NCBI GenBank assembly: GCA_963720515.1
Contig: OY970397.1
Location: forward strand, 223,363-287,362
Length of the DNA stretch: 64,000 bases
DNA from: an uncultured Actinomycetes bacterium
GTDB taxonomy: Bacteria > Actinomycetota > Thermoleophilia > Gaiellales > Gaiellaceae
Reading direction: 5' to 3'
Shown: positions 1 to 10,443 of the stretch, piece by piece
How positions within the stretch are numbered: position 1 is the first letter of the stretch
Layout of the letters: each line of letters opens with the position of its first letter
Program-made: the position numbers and the translations under genes
The notes under the pieces: generated by a model
What the model saw: the letters and a program-made list of their open reading frames with translations, nothing else
Databases searched by the model: none
Told to the model about the DNA's origin: nothing

Positions 1-640
1 CGACCTGCGCCTCGATCGCGGCGCGGAGCCGCTCGGCCTGCCGGTCGAACGCCGGCCGCGCCCGGGCCACGATGCCGGTCCGCAGGGCCATCGGCCGTCC
101 TTCGGACGGCAGCGCGCCGGCCTCGTGCAGGCGCGACGCGAGCCGCTCGAGCGCGCCGTTGTCCCGGCCGCCCTCGATCGCCTCGATCTCGAGCTCGTCG
201 AAGCGGCGCTCGACGCGGCGCCCGTCCATGACGGCGACGCGGTCGACCAGGACGTTCGCCACCGGCTTCCCGTTCTCCGTCGCGCGGATCCCCGAGCGGC
301 GCGTCCGGAGGACGACGAGCGGCTCGAGCTCGCCGCGGCGGACGAGGCCGAGGATCATCGCGGCGATCCCTTCGGGCACCGCGCGAGGCCCGCCGGCGGC
401 CTCGAGCTCGAAGCACGAGTCGGCGTGGGGGATCTTGAGCTGCCAGACGCTCTTGCCGCGCTCGACCCGCCGCCTCAGGATGACGTCGAAGCGGCCCAGC
501 CGGCGGTCGGACGTGTCGAGATAGGTCGAGGTGAACGCCCTCGGCTCGAGGGCGCGGCCGGGCATGGCGGGCAGCTCGAAGCCGGGCGGAATCGCGAGCT
601 TCTGCCCGTGCTCGAAGCTCATCCGGACGGCGCTCGCCAT
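1..640 (-). CDS. CYTH domain protein (likely CYTH-CHAD family); N-terminal part only, gene runs off the left edge
   Basis: My own reverse-strand translation from ATG 640-638 gives MASAVRMSFEHGQKLAIPP...TSTYLDTSDRRLGRFDVILRRRVERGKSVWQLKIP. The YxDTxD...LRxR...LK pattern is typical of CYTH triphosphatases. Not in the ORF track because it has no stop in the window. Confidence 0.6.
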   Translation of the reverse strand, partial: MASAVRMSFEHGQKLAIPPGFELPAMPGRALEPRAFTSTYLDTSDRRLGRFDVILRRRVERGKSVWQLKIPHADSCFELEAAGGPRAVPEGIAAMILGLVRRGELEPLVVLRTRRSGIRATENGKPVANVLVDRVAVMDGRRVERRFDELEIEAIEGGRDNGALERLASRLHEAGALPSEGRPMALRTGIVARARPAFDRQAERLRAAIEAQV

Positions 641-1079
641 CTGCCACCGATCGTAGCCGAGTCCCTCTGCAGGGCTCCGGTCCTGTTACCAGATGGCACC
701 AGGAATGCGACTTCGCCGGCACCCATGTGGCAAGGGTGCGGTCGGTGACCGTCGAGGAGAACGGCCTCCCCGCGCCGGTCACGCCCCCCGGCGGCTAGGG
801 AGGCTCGGCGAAAGGACCGCTGAGCCGCAGGGCCGCGCTGAACGGCGCGAGCGCGGCGTCCTCAGTCGCGCCCGTACCGCCGGTACGAACGCTCCCTGCG
901 TCCATGGCTCACACCGCCCATCGCACCCTGCGACGAGCGCCTCGTTCCGCCGACCCTCCTAGTCGGCCCCCGGAACGTCGTCCGCGTCGCCGGCGTCCCG
1001 CTCGGGGTCCGGAACCGGTGAGCCTTGCTCGGTCTCCTCGGGGTCTTGGGCCTCGGGGGCCTCAGTATTCTCCGTCGTC

Positions 1080-2973
1080 ATGAAGGTCATCCTCCCCGAC
1101 GGCAAGGAACTCGAACTCGCCGACGACGCGACCGGGCTCGACGCCGCGCGCGCGATCGGGCCGAAGCTCGCGGAGCAGGCCGTCCTGGTGCGCTCGAACG
1201 GCTCCGTGCAGGACCTGCGGCTGCCGCTCACCGACGGCGCCGAGCTCCAGATCCTGACGACGCGCGACCGCCAGGACCCGGACGCCCTCTACGTGCTGCG
1301 CCACTCGACGGCGCACCTCCTCGCCGAGGCCGCGCGGCGGCTCTACCCGGGGACGAAGGTGGCGATCGGGCCGCCGATCGAGAACGGGTTCTACTACGAC
1401 TTCGAGTTCCCGGAGCCGATCGGGGACGACGCGCTCGAGCGCCTCGAGGAGGAGATCCGCCGCGAGATCGCCGAGGGCCGGATCTGGGAGCGGAGCGAGA
1501 CCACGCGCGAGGACGCGAAGCGGCTCTTCGAAGAGGCCGGCGAGCCGTACAAGGTCGAGCTCGTGGACACGGCCGAAGGGGACATCTCGCTCTACAAGCA
1601 GGGTGACTTCCTCGACCTCTGCCGCGGCCCGCACCTCCAGAACGCCGAGCCGATCAAGGCCGTGAAGCTCACGTCGCTCGCGGGCGCGTACTGGCGCGGG
1701 GACGAGAAGAACGCACAGCTCACGCGCGTGTACGGCACGGCGTTCTTCGACCAGAAGGACCTCGACGAGTACCTCGAGCGCCTCGAGGAGGCGAAGCGCC
1801 GCGACCACCGCCGGCTCGGCAAGGACCTCGACCTCTTCGACTTCTCGGAGATGGCGCCGGGCATGGCGTTCTGGCAGCCGCGCGGGATGGAGATCTGGAA
1901 CGTCCTCGAGGACCTGCGCCGCTCGGAGAACCGCAAGCGCGGCTACCACGAGGTGCGCACGCCGCAGCTCTACGACTCCGATCTCTGGCGCACGTCGGGC
2001 CACTGGGAGAAGTACGCCGAGCACATGTTCCGGCTCCAGATCGAGGACCGCGACTTCGGGCTCAAGCCGATGAACTGCCCCGGCCACTGCCTGCTCTTCT
2101 CCCTGCGGCCGCACTCCTACCGCGACCTGCCGCTCCGCCTCGCCGAGGCGGGGAACCTGCACCGCAACGAGCTCTCGGGCGTCCTCCACGGGCTCCTGCG
2201 CGTGCGGCACTTCGTCCAGGACGACGCGCACGTCTACTGCACGACCGAGCAGATCCACGACGAGCTCCTCGCCTGCCTCGACTACGGCTACTGGCTCTAC
2301 GACCTGTTCGGGCTCGACATACGCGTCGAGCTGTCTCTGCGCCCGGACAACAAGCTCGGGACGGACGAGGAGTGGGACTTCGCCGAGGAGGCGCTCCGCA
2401 AGGCGCTCGCCGCGCGCGGGCTCGAGTACACGGAGTCGAGCGGCGAGGGCTCCTTCTACGGGCCGAAGATCGACCTCCACATGTCGCGACTCGCTCGGCC
2501 GCTCCTGGCAGCTCGGCACGGTGCAGCTCGACCTCCAGATGCCGAAGCGCTTCGGCCTCACGTACCAGGGCGAGGACAACCAGGAGCACACGCCGGCGAT
2601 GATCCACCGCGCGCTCCTCGGCTCGCTCGAGCGCTTCATCGGCGTCTACCTCGAGCACACGGGCGGCGAGCTCCCCGTGTGGCTCGCGCCCGAGCAGGCC
2701 CGTGTCGTCCCGGTCGCCGAGGCCCATCGCGGCTTCGCCGAGGAGCTGGTCGCCGAGCTGGCCGAGCGCGGCGTGCGGGCGGGGCTCGACGAGCGGCCCG
2801 AGACGCTCGGCAAGCGGATCCGCGCGGCCGAGCTGGAGAAGATCCCGTACGTCCTCGTGGTCGGCGAGCGCGAGTCGCGCGACTCGCTGGCGGTGCGCCG
2901 GCGACACGGCGAGCAGACGACGGAGAGCCTCGACGCCCTTGCGGGCGAGATCCTCGATGCTGCTAAGGTCTAA
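1080..2973 (+). CDS. thrS: threonine--tRNA ligase, reading frame broken once near 2484
   Basis: ORF 1080..2966 carries the TGS, editing and class II core (HSTAHLLAEA, FYGPKIDLHM). The sequence continues in the frame of ORF 2521..2973 (DSLGRSWQLGTVQLDLQMPKRF...). One extra base at about 2484 (atg-t-cgc-gac). Confidence 0.93.
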
Positions 2974-3052
2974 CCCTGCAAGCAGGAGCTTCCGTTCCTC
3001 ACCTTCCGGGCCGCGGGCCTACGAAGGTTCAACCGCATCCGATGGTTGACGG

Positions 3053-3076
3053 AGAGCTGCTGTTGGCAGCTTTTTT
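3053..3076 (+). terminator. hairpin plus T-tract downstream of thrS, upstream of infC
   Basis: Stem agctgc (3055-3060) pairs with gcagct (3066-3071), loop tgttg, followed by tttttt (3071-3076). T-runs are rare in this sequence. Confidence 0.5.
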
Positions 3077-3117
3077 CGTGTGACGAGGAGGAAGTTCAGC
3101 GCTTTGGTGATTGATCA

Positions 3118-3699
3118 GTGAGGCCGCGCCGCTTCGTGGAGCCGGTTCGCCCGTCGGGGCCGGACACCCGCATCAACGAGGCGATCCGCTCCCCCCAGGT
3201 TCGTCTCGTGGACGAGAACGGAGGGCAGCTCGGGATCAAGACGCGTGACGAGGCGCTCGAGTACGCGGTGAGCAAGGACCTCGACCTGGTCGAGGTGGCG
3301 GCGAGCGCCGACCCGCCGGTCTGTCGGGTCATGGACTACGGCAAGTACCGGTACGAGCAGGAGCAGAAGGCCAAGGTCGCCCGGAAGCACCAGACGCAGA
3401 TCAACGTCAAGGAGATCAAGTTCCGCCCGAAGATCGGCGTCCACGACTACGAGACGAAGAAGGGGCACGTCATGCGGTTTTTGACCGCGAAGGCAAAGGT
3501 GAAGGTGACGATCATGTTCCGGGGCCGCGAGGCCACGCATCCGGAGCGCGGCCGCGACCTCCTCATGCGCCTCGCAGACGACGTCCAGGAGATCGGCCAC
3601 ATCGAGACGCAGCCCGTGCTCGACGGCCGCAACATGACGATGGTCCTCGCCCCGAACAAGACGACCACCCAGCAACCCGCGGAGGCCGCCAGTGCCTAA
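3118..3699 (+). CDS. infC: translation initiation factor IF-3
   Basis: [23 protein letters not shown]...[14 protein letters not shown]...[14 protein letters not shown]. The true start may be a non-canonical codon downstream of the listed GTG. Confidence 0.92.
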   Translation: MRPRRFVEPVRPSGPDTRINEAIRSPQVRLVDENGGQLGIKTRDEALEYAVSKDLDLVEVAASADPPVCRVMDYGKYRYEQEQKAKVARKHQTQINVKEIKFRPKIGVHDYETKKGHVMRFLTAKAKVKVTIMFRGREATHPERGRDLLMRLADDVQEIGHIETQPVLDGRNMTMVLAPNKTTTQQPAEAASA

Positions 3700-3886
3700 G
3701 CAGAAGACCAACAAGGCCGCGAAGAAGCGCTTCAAGGTGACGGGCACCGGCAAGCTGAAGCGCCAGCACGCGATGCAGAGCCACAACCTGGAGAAGAAGT
3801 CGGCGAAGCGCCGGCGCGCGTTCCGCCGCGACCACGACGTCGCGAAGGCGGACGAGCGCGAGGTCCGCCGGCTCCTCGGCCTCTGA
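3692..3886 (+). CDS. rpmI: 50S ribosomal protein L35
   Basis: [31 protein letters not shown]; position between infC and rplT. Confidence 0.95.
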   Translation: MPKQKTNKAAKKRFKVTGTGKLKRQHAMQSHNLEKKSAKRRRAFRRDHDVAKADEREVRRLLGL

Positions 3887-3898
3887 GGAGAGGAAGCA

Positions 3899-4258
3899 AT
3901 GGCACGCGTCAAGCGATCGGTGCACGCCCGCAAGAAGCGCCGCAAGGTGCTCGAGGAGGCCAAGGGCTACTTCGGCCAGGGCCATGTCTCCTACCGCAAG
4001 GCGAAGGAGCAGCTCCTCAAGTCGGACGTCTACGCCTACCGCGACCGCAAGAACCGGAAGCGCGTCTTCCGCCGCCTCTGGATCATGCGGATCAACGCGG
4101 CCGCGCGCGCCGAGGGGCTCTCGTACAACCAGTTCGTCGCCGGCTGCAAGAAGGCCGAGATCGACCTCGACCGCAAGATCCTCGCCGACCTCGCGGTGAG
4201 CGACCCCGCGGCGTTCTCGGCCATCGCCGAGAAGGCCAAGGCCGCGCTCGCGAACTAG
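3899..4258 (+). CDS. rplT: 50S ribosomal protein L20
   Basis: [26 protein letters not shown]...[26 protein letters not shown]. Confidence 0.96.
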   Translation: MARVKRSVHARKKRRKVLEEAKGYFGQGHVSYRKAKEQLLKSDVYAYRDRKNRKRVFRRLWIMRINAAARAEGLSYNQFVAGCKKAEIDLDRKILADLAVSDPAAFSAIAEKAKAALAN

Positions 4259-4298
4259 GGCCACGGCCGACGAGACCGTCCCGCAGGCCTTCCGCCGC

Positions 4299-5252
4299 AT
4301 GGCGACGGAGGCCTTCGAGGCGGGCGGGTCGCCGCTCTACGCCCGCCTCGCGCGCGAGTACGCCGACGATCCGGTCGTGGAGGAGATCGCGGGCGGCTAC
4401 AAGCCGCGCTGGAACGCGCCGCTCCTCGTCTTCGCCGGCGTCCACCTCCTCGCGCTGCGCGGGGAGGAGCAGGACCCGTGGTCGCGGCTCGGAGACGTGC
4501 TGCGCGAGCGGCGCGAGTTCCTCGCGCGCTTCGTCGCCGAGCAGGCGATCCAGACGAACGAGGTACAGCGCTCCTGGGCCCTTCTGCCCGCGTTCCTCTC
4601 GGTTGCCGGCGAGCGGCCGCTCGATCTCGTGGAGCTCGGGCCGAGCGCCGGCCTGAACCTCGTCTGGGATCGCTACCGCTACCGCTACCCCGCCGGGGAG
4701 TGGGGCGACCCGGACGCGGGGCTCGTGCTCGAGGGGGAGGCGCTCGGCGGGCCGCCGGCCGAGCTCCTCGCGCGGCGGCCGGTCGTGCGCGGCCGGCTCG
4801 GGATCGACCGGGCGCCCGTGGACGTCACTGACGACGATGCGGCCCTCATCCTCGAGGCGTTCGTCTGGCCCGACCAGGAGGCCAGGCTCGAACGCCTCCG
4901 CGCGGCGATCGAGATCGTGCGGCGGGACCCGCCCGAGATCGTGCGCGGCGACTACGTCGACGAGCTCCCACGCGTGCTCGCGGCGCGGCGCGAGGACGGC
5001 CTCACGGTCGTCTTCCACTCGGTGTCCACCGCCTACGTGCGCCGCGAGGAGCGCGAGGGCCTGTACGGGGAGATCGAGGCCGCGGGGGCGGAGGGGCCGC
5101 TCGCCTGGGTGTCGTACGAGTTCACGGACGAGGACGGCGCGGACCCGGCGTTCGAGGGCAGCGCGATCGACCTCCGCGTGTGGCCGGGCGGCGAGCGGAC
5201 GCGGCTCGCGCGCGCCGACGGGCATGGCAACCGGCTCCGGTGGCTCGCGTGA
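4299..5252 (+). CDS. DUF2332-like conserved hypothetical protein
   Basis: GSPLYARLAREYADD...ELGPSAGLNLVWDRYRY resembles the DUF2332 family as I recall it (unverified). Coding-like composition. Confidence 0.6.
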   Translation: MATEAFEAGGSPLYARLAREYADDPVVEEIAGGYKPRWNAPLLVFAGVHLLALRGEEQDPWSRLGDVLRERREFLARFVAEQAIQTNEVQRSWALLPAFLSVAGERPLDLVELGPSAGLNLVWDRYRYRYPAGEWGDPDAGLVLEGEALGGPPAELLARRPVVRGRLGIDRAPVDVTDDDAALILEAFVWPDQEARLERLRAAIEIVRRDPPEIVRGDYVDELPRVLAARREDGLTVVFHSVSTAYVRREEREGLYGEIEAAGAEGPLAWVSYEFTDEDGADPAFEGSAIDLRVWPGGERTRLARADGHGNRLRWLA

Positions 5253-5971
5253 TCACCTCCGCGGCCAACCCGAGGCTCAAGCTCGTCCGGCGCCTCGAGT
5301 CGCGCTCCCAGCGCGAGCGGCTCGGCCTCTTCGTCGCCGAGGGCGAGGACCTCGTCACGGCCGCGCTCGACGCGGGGCTCGAGCCCGCCGAGGCGCTGGT
5401 GGACGGCGAGCGTCCCGTGCTGGCCGACCGCCTCCCGGGGGCGGAGACGGTCGCACCGGAGCTCATGGCGTCGCTCTCCACGCTGCCGCACCCCGCGCGC
5501 GTGGTGGCCGTGTTTCGGCGGGCCGATCTTCCGTCCGGCGCGGAGGCGCCGGTCGGCCTCGCGCTCTGGCGCGTCCACGACCCCGGGAACGTGGGGACGC
5601 TCCTCCGCAGCGCGGATGCGCTCGGGCCGGCGTTCGTCGCGCTGTCGGCCGGCTGCGGCGACCCGACGGGCCCGAAGGGGCTCCGCGCGGCGATGGGCTC
5701 GACGTTCCGCGTGCCGCTCGTCCGCTTCGAGGACGCGCCCGGTCCGCGGATCGCGCTCGTTCCGCACGGCGGCATGCCGCTCGGCGAGGTGGAGATCGGC
5801 CCGCGCGTGACCTGGGTGCTCGGCGCGGAGCGGGAGGGACTGCCGGAGGACGTGCTCGCCGGCTGCGACGCCGCGGTGACGATCCCGCTCGCCGGCGATG
5901 CGGAGTCGCTGAACGTCTCCGCCGCCGGCGCGATCGCGCTCTACGAGACAGCGCGGCGCCGAGGCGCCTGA
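5249..5971 (+). CDS. TrmH/SpoU family RNA 2'-O-methyltransferase
   Basis: DPGNVGTLLRSADALG...LGAEREGLPEDVL...IPLAGDAESLNVSAAGAIALYE (SpoU motifs). GTG 5249 overlaps the upstream stop (GTGA). Confidence 0.85.
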   Translation: MITSAANPRLKLVRRLESRSQRERLGLFVAEGEDLVTAALDAGLEPAEALVDGERPVLADRLPGAETVAPELMASLSTLPHPARVVAVFRRADLPSGAEAPVGLALWRVHDPGNVGTLLRSADALGPAFVALSAGCGDPTGPKGLRAAMGSTFRVPLVRFEDAPGPRIALVPHGGMPLGEVEIGPRVTWVLGAEREGLPEDVLAGCDAAVTIPLAGDAESLNVSAAGAIALYETARRRGA

Positions 5972-6066
5972 CCTACCAGGCCCCGCCGCCCCCTCCTCCG
6001 CCCGCGCCGCTCCCCGGCGGGGAGAGCGCGCTTGCCGAAGCTGGGCCCGGTGGGGGATATTCCAGG

Positions 6067-6774
6067 TCAGGGCCGTTCGGCGACCCAGACCGTGTCCTCG
6101 CCGTCCGTGTACGGGCGGCGGTCGAACCAGCCGTAGGAGGCGACGACGCGGAAGCCCGCCTCCTCGAGCAGCTCGCCCCAGCGCTCGACGGGGAGCCAGG
6201 CGAGCCGCATCGACGTCTCGCCCGACGCGCCGCGCACGTCGAGGACGAGCACCCGCTCGCGCACGTTCCACGCCGCCCGTTCCCAGATGCCCGGCTCGCG
6301 CTCGAGCCAGCGGCCGTTCGTCTCCTCGATGTCCTCGCTCGACGGCGCGAAGACGTCGAAGACGAGCCGCCCGCCCGGGCGGAGGAGCGCGCGGATCGCG
6401 CCGAGCGCCTCGAGCCGCGTCGCGTCGGTCTCCATGTGGAGGAGCGCGCGGAACGGGACGATGACGAGCCCGACCGGCCCGTCCACGGGCGGCGAGCGCA
6501 GGTCGCCTTCGCGCAGGTCGAGGAGCTCCGCGACGCCGGCCGCCTCGGCGCGCGCCCGCGCGACCCCGAGCATGCCCGCCGAGGAGTCCACGCCGATCAC
6601 GCGGACGCCGGCCTGCGCGATCGGCACCGCGATCCGTCCCGTGCCGATGCCGAGCTCGACGACCGGGCCGCCGTCGGCGGCCGCCTCCTCGACGTAGAAC
6701 GCGACGTCCTCGGTCACGCTGCGGCTCCAGTCGTCGTAGAGCTCGGCGATCGAGTCGTACGCGCTGTCGGTCAC
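6067..6774 (-). CDS. class I SAM-dependent methyltransferase
   Basis: VVELGIGTGRIAVPIAQAGVRVIGVDSSAGML (motif I). Start trimmed to GTG at 6774 (VTDSAYDSIAELYD); the upstream part of ORF 6067..7044 is Arg/Pro-rich junk. Confidence 0.85.
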   Translation of the reverse strand: MTDSAYDSIAELYDDWSRSVTEDVAFYVEEAAADGGPVVELGIGTGRIAVPIAQAGVRVIGVDSSAGMLGVARARAEAAGVAELLDLREGDLRSPPVDGPVGLVIVPFRALLHMETDATRLEALGAIRALLRPGGRLVFDVFAPSSEDIEETNGRWLEREPGIWERAAWNVRERVLVLDVRGASGETSMRLAWLPVERWGELLEEAGFRVVASYGWFDRRPYTDGEDTVWVAERP

Positions 6775-6809
6775 AAGGCCCTCACGAGGCACGATGATAC
6801 GCTCCGCCG

Positions 6810-7805
6810 ATGGATGCGGAGGCCCTGCAAACCGAGGCAGAAAGCGCGATTGCGGGCGCTTCCACCACGGCCGAGCTCGATCAAGCGCGCGTCCGGTACC
6901 TGGGCCGTTCGAGCGACCTGAAGCTGGCGCTCCGCGAGGTCCGCGACCGCGAGACGGGCATGACGCTGAACGCGGTGCGCGAGCGGCTCGAGGCCGCGGT
7001 CGCCGAGCGCTCCGCCGTGCTCGAGCGCGCCGAGCTCGACGCACGGCTCGAGGGCGAGCTCCTCGACGTCACGCTCCCGGGCGAGGGCCGGCCGCGCGGG
7101 CACCTCCACCCGATCACCCAGATCCGCCGCGAGGTCGAGGACATCTTCCTCGGCCTCGGCTACCGCATCGTGGACGGCCGCGAGGTCGAGACGACGCACT
7201 ACAACTTCGACGCGCTCAACTTCCCGCACTGGCATCCGGCCCGGTCGCGGAGCGCCTCGCTCTTCCTCTCCGACGACGTGCTGCTCCGCACCGAGACGTC
7301 GCCTTCCCAGATCCGCGTGATGGAGGAGAGCCCGCCGCCGATCGCGATGATCTCGCTCGGCCGCGTCTACCGCCGCGACACCCCCGACGCCACGCACAGC
7401 CCGGTCTTCCACCAGGTCGAGGGGCTCGTCGTCGACCGCGGGATCACGCTCGCCGACCTCAAGGGCACGCTGCTCCACCTCATGCGCGCGCTCTTCGGCG
7501 AGGAGCGCGGCATGCGGTTCCGCACGCACTACTTCCCGTTCACGGAGCCTTCCATGGAGCCCGACGTCTCGTGCTTCAACTGCGACGGCGAGGGCTGCCG
7601 CATCTGCAAGTTCTCGGGCTGGATCGAGATGGGCGGCTCGGGGCTCGTCGACCCGGCGGTGCTCGAGTTCTGCGGCGTCGACCCCGAGGAGTACTCGGGC
7701 TTCGCGTTCGGCCTCGGGCTCGAGCGGATCGCGCAGCTTCGCCACGGCGTCACCGACATCCGACTCCTCTGGGAGAACGACCTGCGCTTCCTGGGCCAGT
7801 TCTGA
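6810..7805 (+). CDS. pheS: phenylalanine--tRNA ligase alpha subunit
   Basis: HPITQIRREVEDIFLGLGY...FPFTEPSMEPDV...GFAFGLGLERIAQL. Confidence 0.96.
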   Translation: MDAEALQTEAESAIAGASTTAELDQARVRYLGRSSDLKLALREVRDRETGMTLNAVRERLEAAVAERSAVLERAELDARLEGELLDVTLPGEGRPRGHLHPITQIRREVEDIFLGLGYRIVDGREVETTHYNFDALNFPHWHPARSRSASLFLSDDVLLRTETSPSQIRVMEESPPPIAMISLGRVYRRDTPDATHSPVFHQVEGLVVDRGITLADLKGTLLHLMRALFGEERGMRFRTHYFPFTEPSMEPDVSCFNCDGEGCRICKFSGWIEMGGSGLVDPAVLEFCGVDPEEYSGFAFGLGLERIAQLRHGVTDIRLLWENDLRFLGQF

Positions 7806-7806
7806 G

Positions 7807-10099
7807 ATGAAGGTCCCGGTCTCCTGGCTGCGCGAGTACGTGGACTTCGGCGTGCCGCTGCCCGACCTCGCCGACCGGCTAGTGATCACGACCTGCGAGG
7901 TCGAGCGCATTACGCGGCGCGGTGTCGCGGACGAGGACGGCAATCTGGCCCTGTTCAAGGTGGGCCGCGTCGTCGAGGCCGGCAAGCACCCGAACGCCGA
8001 CCGGCTCCAGCTCTGCCGCGTGGACATCGGCGAGGGCGAGCCGCGCCAGATCGTCTGCGGCGCCTGGAACTTCGGCGACGGGCGCGACGGTCGCGGTCGC
8101 CCTCGCCGGCGCGACGCTCCCCGACGGGACGGTGCTCGAGCGGCGCAAGCTCCGCGGTGAGCTCTCCGACGGGATGATCCTCTCCGAGCGCGAGCTCGAG
8201 CTCGGCCCGGACACCGAGGGGATCATGGTGCTCCCCGACGGGCCCGAGCCGGGGACGCCGCTCGCCGACGTGCTGCCGCTCGCCGACGCCGTGCTCGAGG
8301 TGGAGGTGACCGGCAACCGGCCCGACCTCCTCTCGGTCTACGGGATCGCGCGCGAGGTGGCCGCGATCATCCCCGGCGCCGAGCTCAAGCCGATGCCCGG
8401 CCGCGAGCCCGAGCGTGGAGGGGACGAGCCCGTGGACGTCCAGGTCGAGGACTTCGCCGCCGCGCCGCGCTACATCGGCCGGCTCTTCCGCGACGTGACG
8501 GTCGCGCCGTCGCCGCCGTGGCTTCGCGCCCGGCTCGCCGACGCCGGCATGCGCCCGATCTCGAACGTCGTGGACGTGACGAACTACGTCATGCACGCCT
8601 TCGGGAACCCGCTGCACGCGTTCGACCACTCGACGCTCCGCGAGGGCCGGATACTCGTCCGCCCGGCGCGCGACGGCGAGAAGCTCCGCACCCTCGACGG
8701 CGTGGAGCGCACGCTCGACCCGTCGGTGCTCGTGATCGCGGACGCCGAGCGGGCGATCGCGCTCGCGGCGATCATGGGCGGCGAGGAGACCGAGGTGCGG
8801 CCCGAGACCACGTCCGTCCTCCTCGAGGCGGCGAACTTCGAGCCGGCCGGGATCCTGCGCACCTCCGAGAGGCTGGGCCTCCGCACGGAGGGCTCCAACC
8901 GCTGGGAGAAGGGCGTCGACCCGCACCTGGCCGAGCCCGCGGCCGTCTACGCGACCGAGCTCATGGTCTGGCTGACCGGCGCCCGCTGGGTCGGGGCGAC
9001 CGATGTGCACGCGGAGCTGCCGGAGCGGCCGGTCGTCGCGTTCCGGCCGGCGCGGGCGAACGCGCTCTCGGGCATCGAGGTGCCGGAGGGCGAGCAGCGC
9101 GCGCTCCTCGCCCGGCTCGGCTTCGTCGTCCGCGACGACTGGACGGTGGTCGTGCCGACGTGGCGCGCCCGCGACGTGACGCGCGAGGCCGACCTCGTGG
9201 AGGAGATCGCGCGCGTGCATCTGGACGAGATCCCGTTCACGCTGCCGCGGCCGGGCGCCGTGGTCGGACGCCTGGCGCCCGACCAGCGGCTGCGGCGGAC
9301 GGTCGAGGACGCGCTCGTCGGCGCCGGCTTCAGCGAGGCGTACACGTCGAGCCTCGCCGGCTCCGACCCGGACCCCGACGCGCTTCGGCTGCCCGAGCCG
9401 CTCACGGCCGACCACGCCATGCTCCGGACCACGCTCTCCGGCGGGCTGATCGACGCGGCGAGGCACAACGTGGACGTCGGCAACGAGGACGTCGCGCTCT
9501 TCGAGATCGCGCGCGTCTACCTGCCGTCGGGCGAGACGCTGCCGAACGAGCGCCGGCACCTCGGCGGGATCGCGCAGGGCGGGTTCTCGCGCGCGAAGGG
9601 CGGGCTCGAGGCCGTGTTCGCCGCGCTCCGCCTCGACCTGCCTGTCACGCGGACGACGCATCCGCTCCTCCATCCCGGCAAGGCGGCCTCGGTGCCGGGC
9701 GGCTGGCTCGGCGAGCTCCACCCGACCGTGCTCGACGGCGGCTGGGGCGCATTCGAGCTCGACCTGGACGAGCTCTTCGCCGACGCGCCCGAGGCCGCGC
9801 GCTACGAGGACGTGGTCGCGTTCCCGTCCGTCCGGCAGGATCTCGCGTTCGTCGTGGACGAGGACGTGCTCGCCGGGGACCTGGTCGCGGCCGCGCGCGA
9901 GGCGGCGCCCGAGCTTCGCGAGGCGCGCGTCTTCGACGTCTACCGCGGCGACCCGGTGCCCGAGGGGCGCAAGTCGGTCGCCCTCCGCGTCGCGTTCCAG
10001 TCCGCCGAGGGAACGCTCTCGGACGAGGACGCCGCGGAGATCCGGAACCGGATCGTGGCCGCGCTCGCCGAGCGCTTCAAGGCCGAGCTGCGCGCCTAG
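7807..10099 (+). CDS. pheT: phenylalanine--tRNA ligase beta subunit, frame broken once near 8080
   Basis: N-terminus MKVPVSWLREYVD...IVCGAWNFGDG in ORF 7807..8160. The rest (ATVAVALAGATLPDG...VTGNRPDLLSVYGIAREVAA...) lies in the frame of ORF 7922..10099. One extra base in the GGG run 8080-8082. Confidence 0.93.
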
Positions 10100-10176
10100 C
10101 GGCGCCGGAAGAGCCGGTCCCAGAAGCTCGGCGGGTCGTCCGGCCGCCAGCGCTCGACCGGGACGTCCTTGTACTC

Positions 10177-10443
10177 CTAGAGCGCCTCGATGTCGGAGGG
10201 CTCGAGATCGATCTGGACGCGGTCGGGCCAGATGCCCGTGACGCGCTCGGCCTCGACGAACCGTTCCTTGCCAAGCGTGCGGAGGACGACCGCGAGCCCG
10301 GTGAAGATGTCTGCGTCCGTGTCGCCGACCACCTTCGAGACGCGGCCGACGCGCTCGCCGTCGCTCGCAAGTACCTCGGCGCCGTCGTCAATGAGGGTCC
10401 ACGCGACCTGCGGCTCGCCCTCGCCCCCGGAGGCCGAGCTCAT
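10177..10443 (-). CDS. small PRC-barrel / DUF2171-like protein
   Basis: MSSASGGEGEPQVAWTLIDDGAEVLASDGERVGRVSKVVGDTDADIFTGLAVV...; ATGA overlap with the upstream gene. See the finding on the in-frame TAG. Confidence 0.6.
   Translation of the reverse strand: MSSASGGEGEPQVAWTLIDDGAEVLASDGERVGRVSKVVGDTDADIFTGLAVVLRTLGKERFVEAERVTGIWPDRVQIDLEPSDIEAL

Noticed and set aside
700-960. Possible T-box leader upstream of thrS (AAGGGTGCGGTCGGTGACCG faintly resembles the T-box sequence).
   Set aside because: The match is poor. It lies more than 300 nt from the start codon with no terminator or sequestrator nearby. thrS has its own -10 hexamer 8 nt upstream of the ATG.
959-1080. 40-codon acidic ORF (MTTENTEAPEAQDPEETEQGSPVPDPERDAGDADDVPGAD) divergent from thrS, sharing the CATG at 1078-1082.
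   Set aside because: No recognisable promoter or RBS. Low-complexity acidic composition. GC3 is noticeably lower than in real genes here. It is possible but unsupported.
1062-2639. Long antisense or off-frame ORFs in the six-frame track. Examples: 1062..2639 -, 4092..5225 -, 4837..6921 +, 7955..9721 -, 8518..10593 +, 27461..30826 -, 27649..30939 +, 44343..47123 -, 55945..57732 -, 56100..59600 +.
   Set aside because: Each overlaps a gene with clear conserved motifs on the other strand or frame. Their products are Arg/Pro/Gly/Ala-rich low-complexity strings, typical of stop-poor non-coding frames in very GC-rich DNA.
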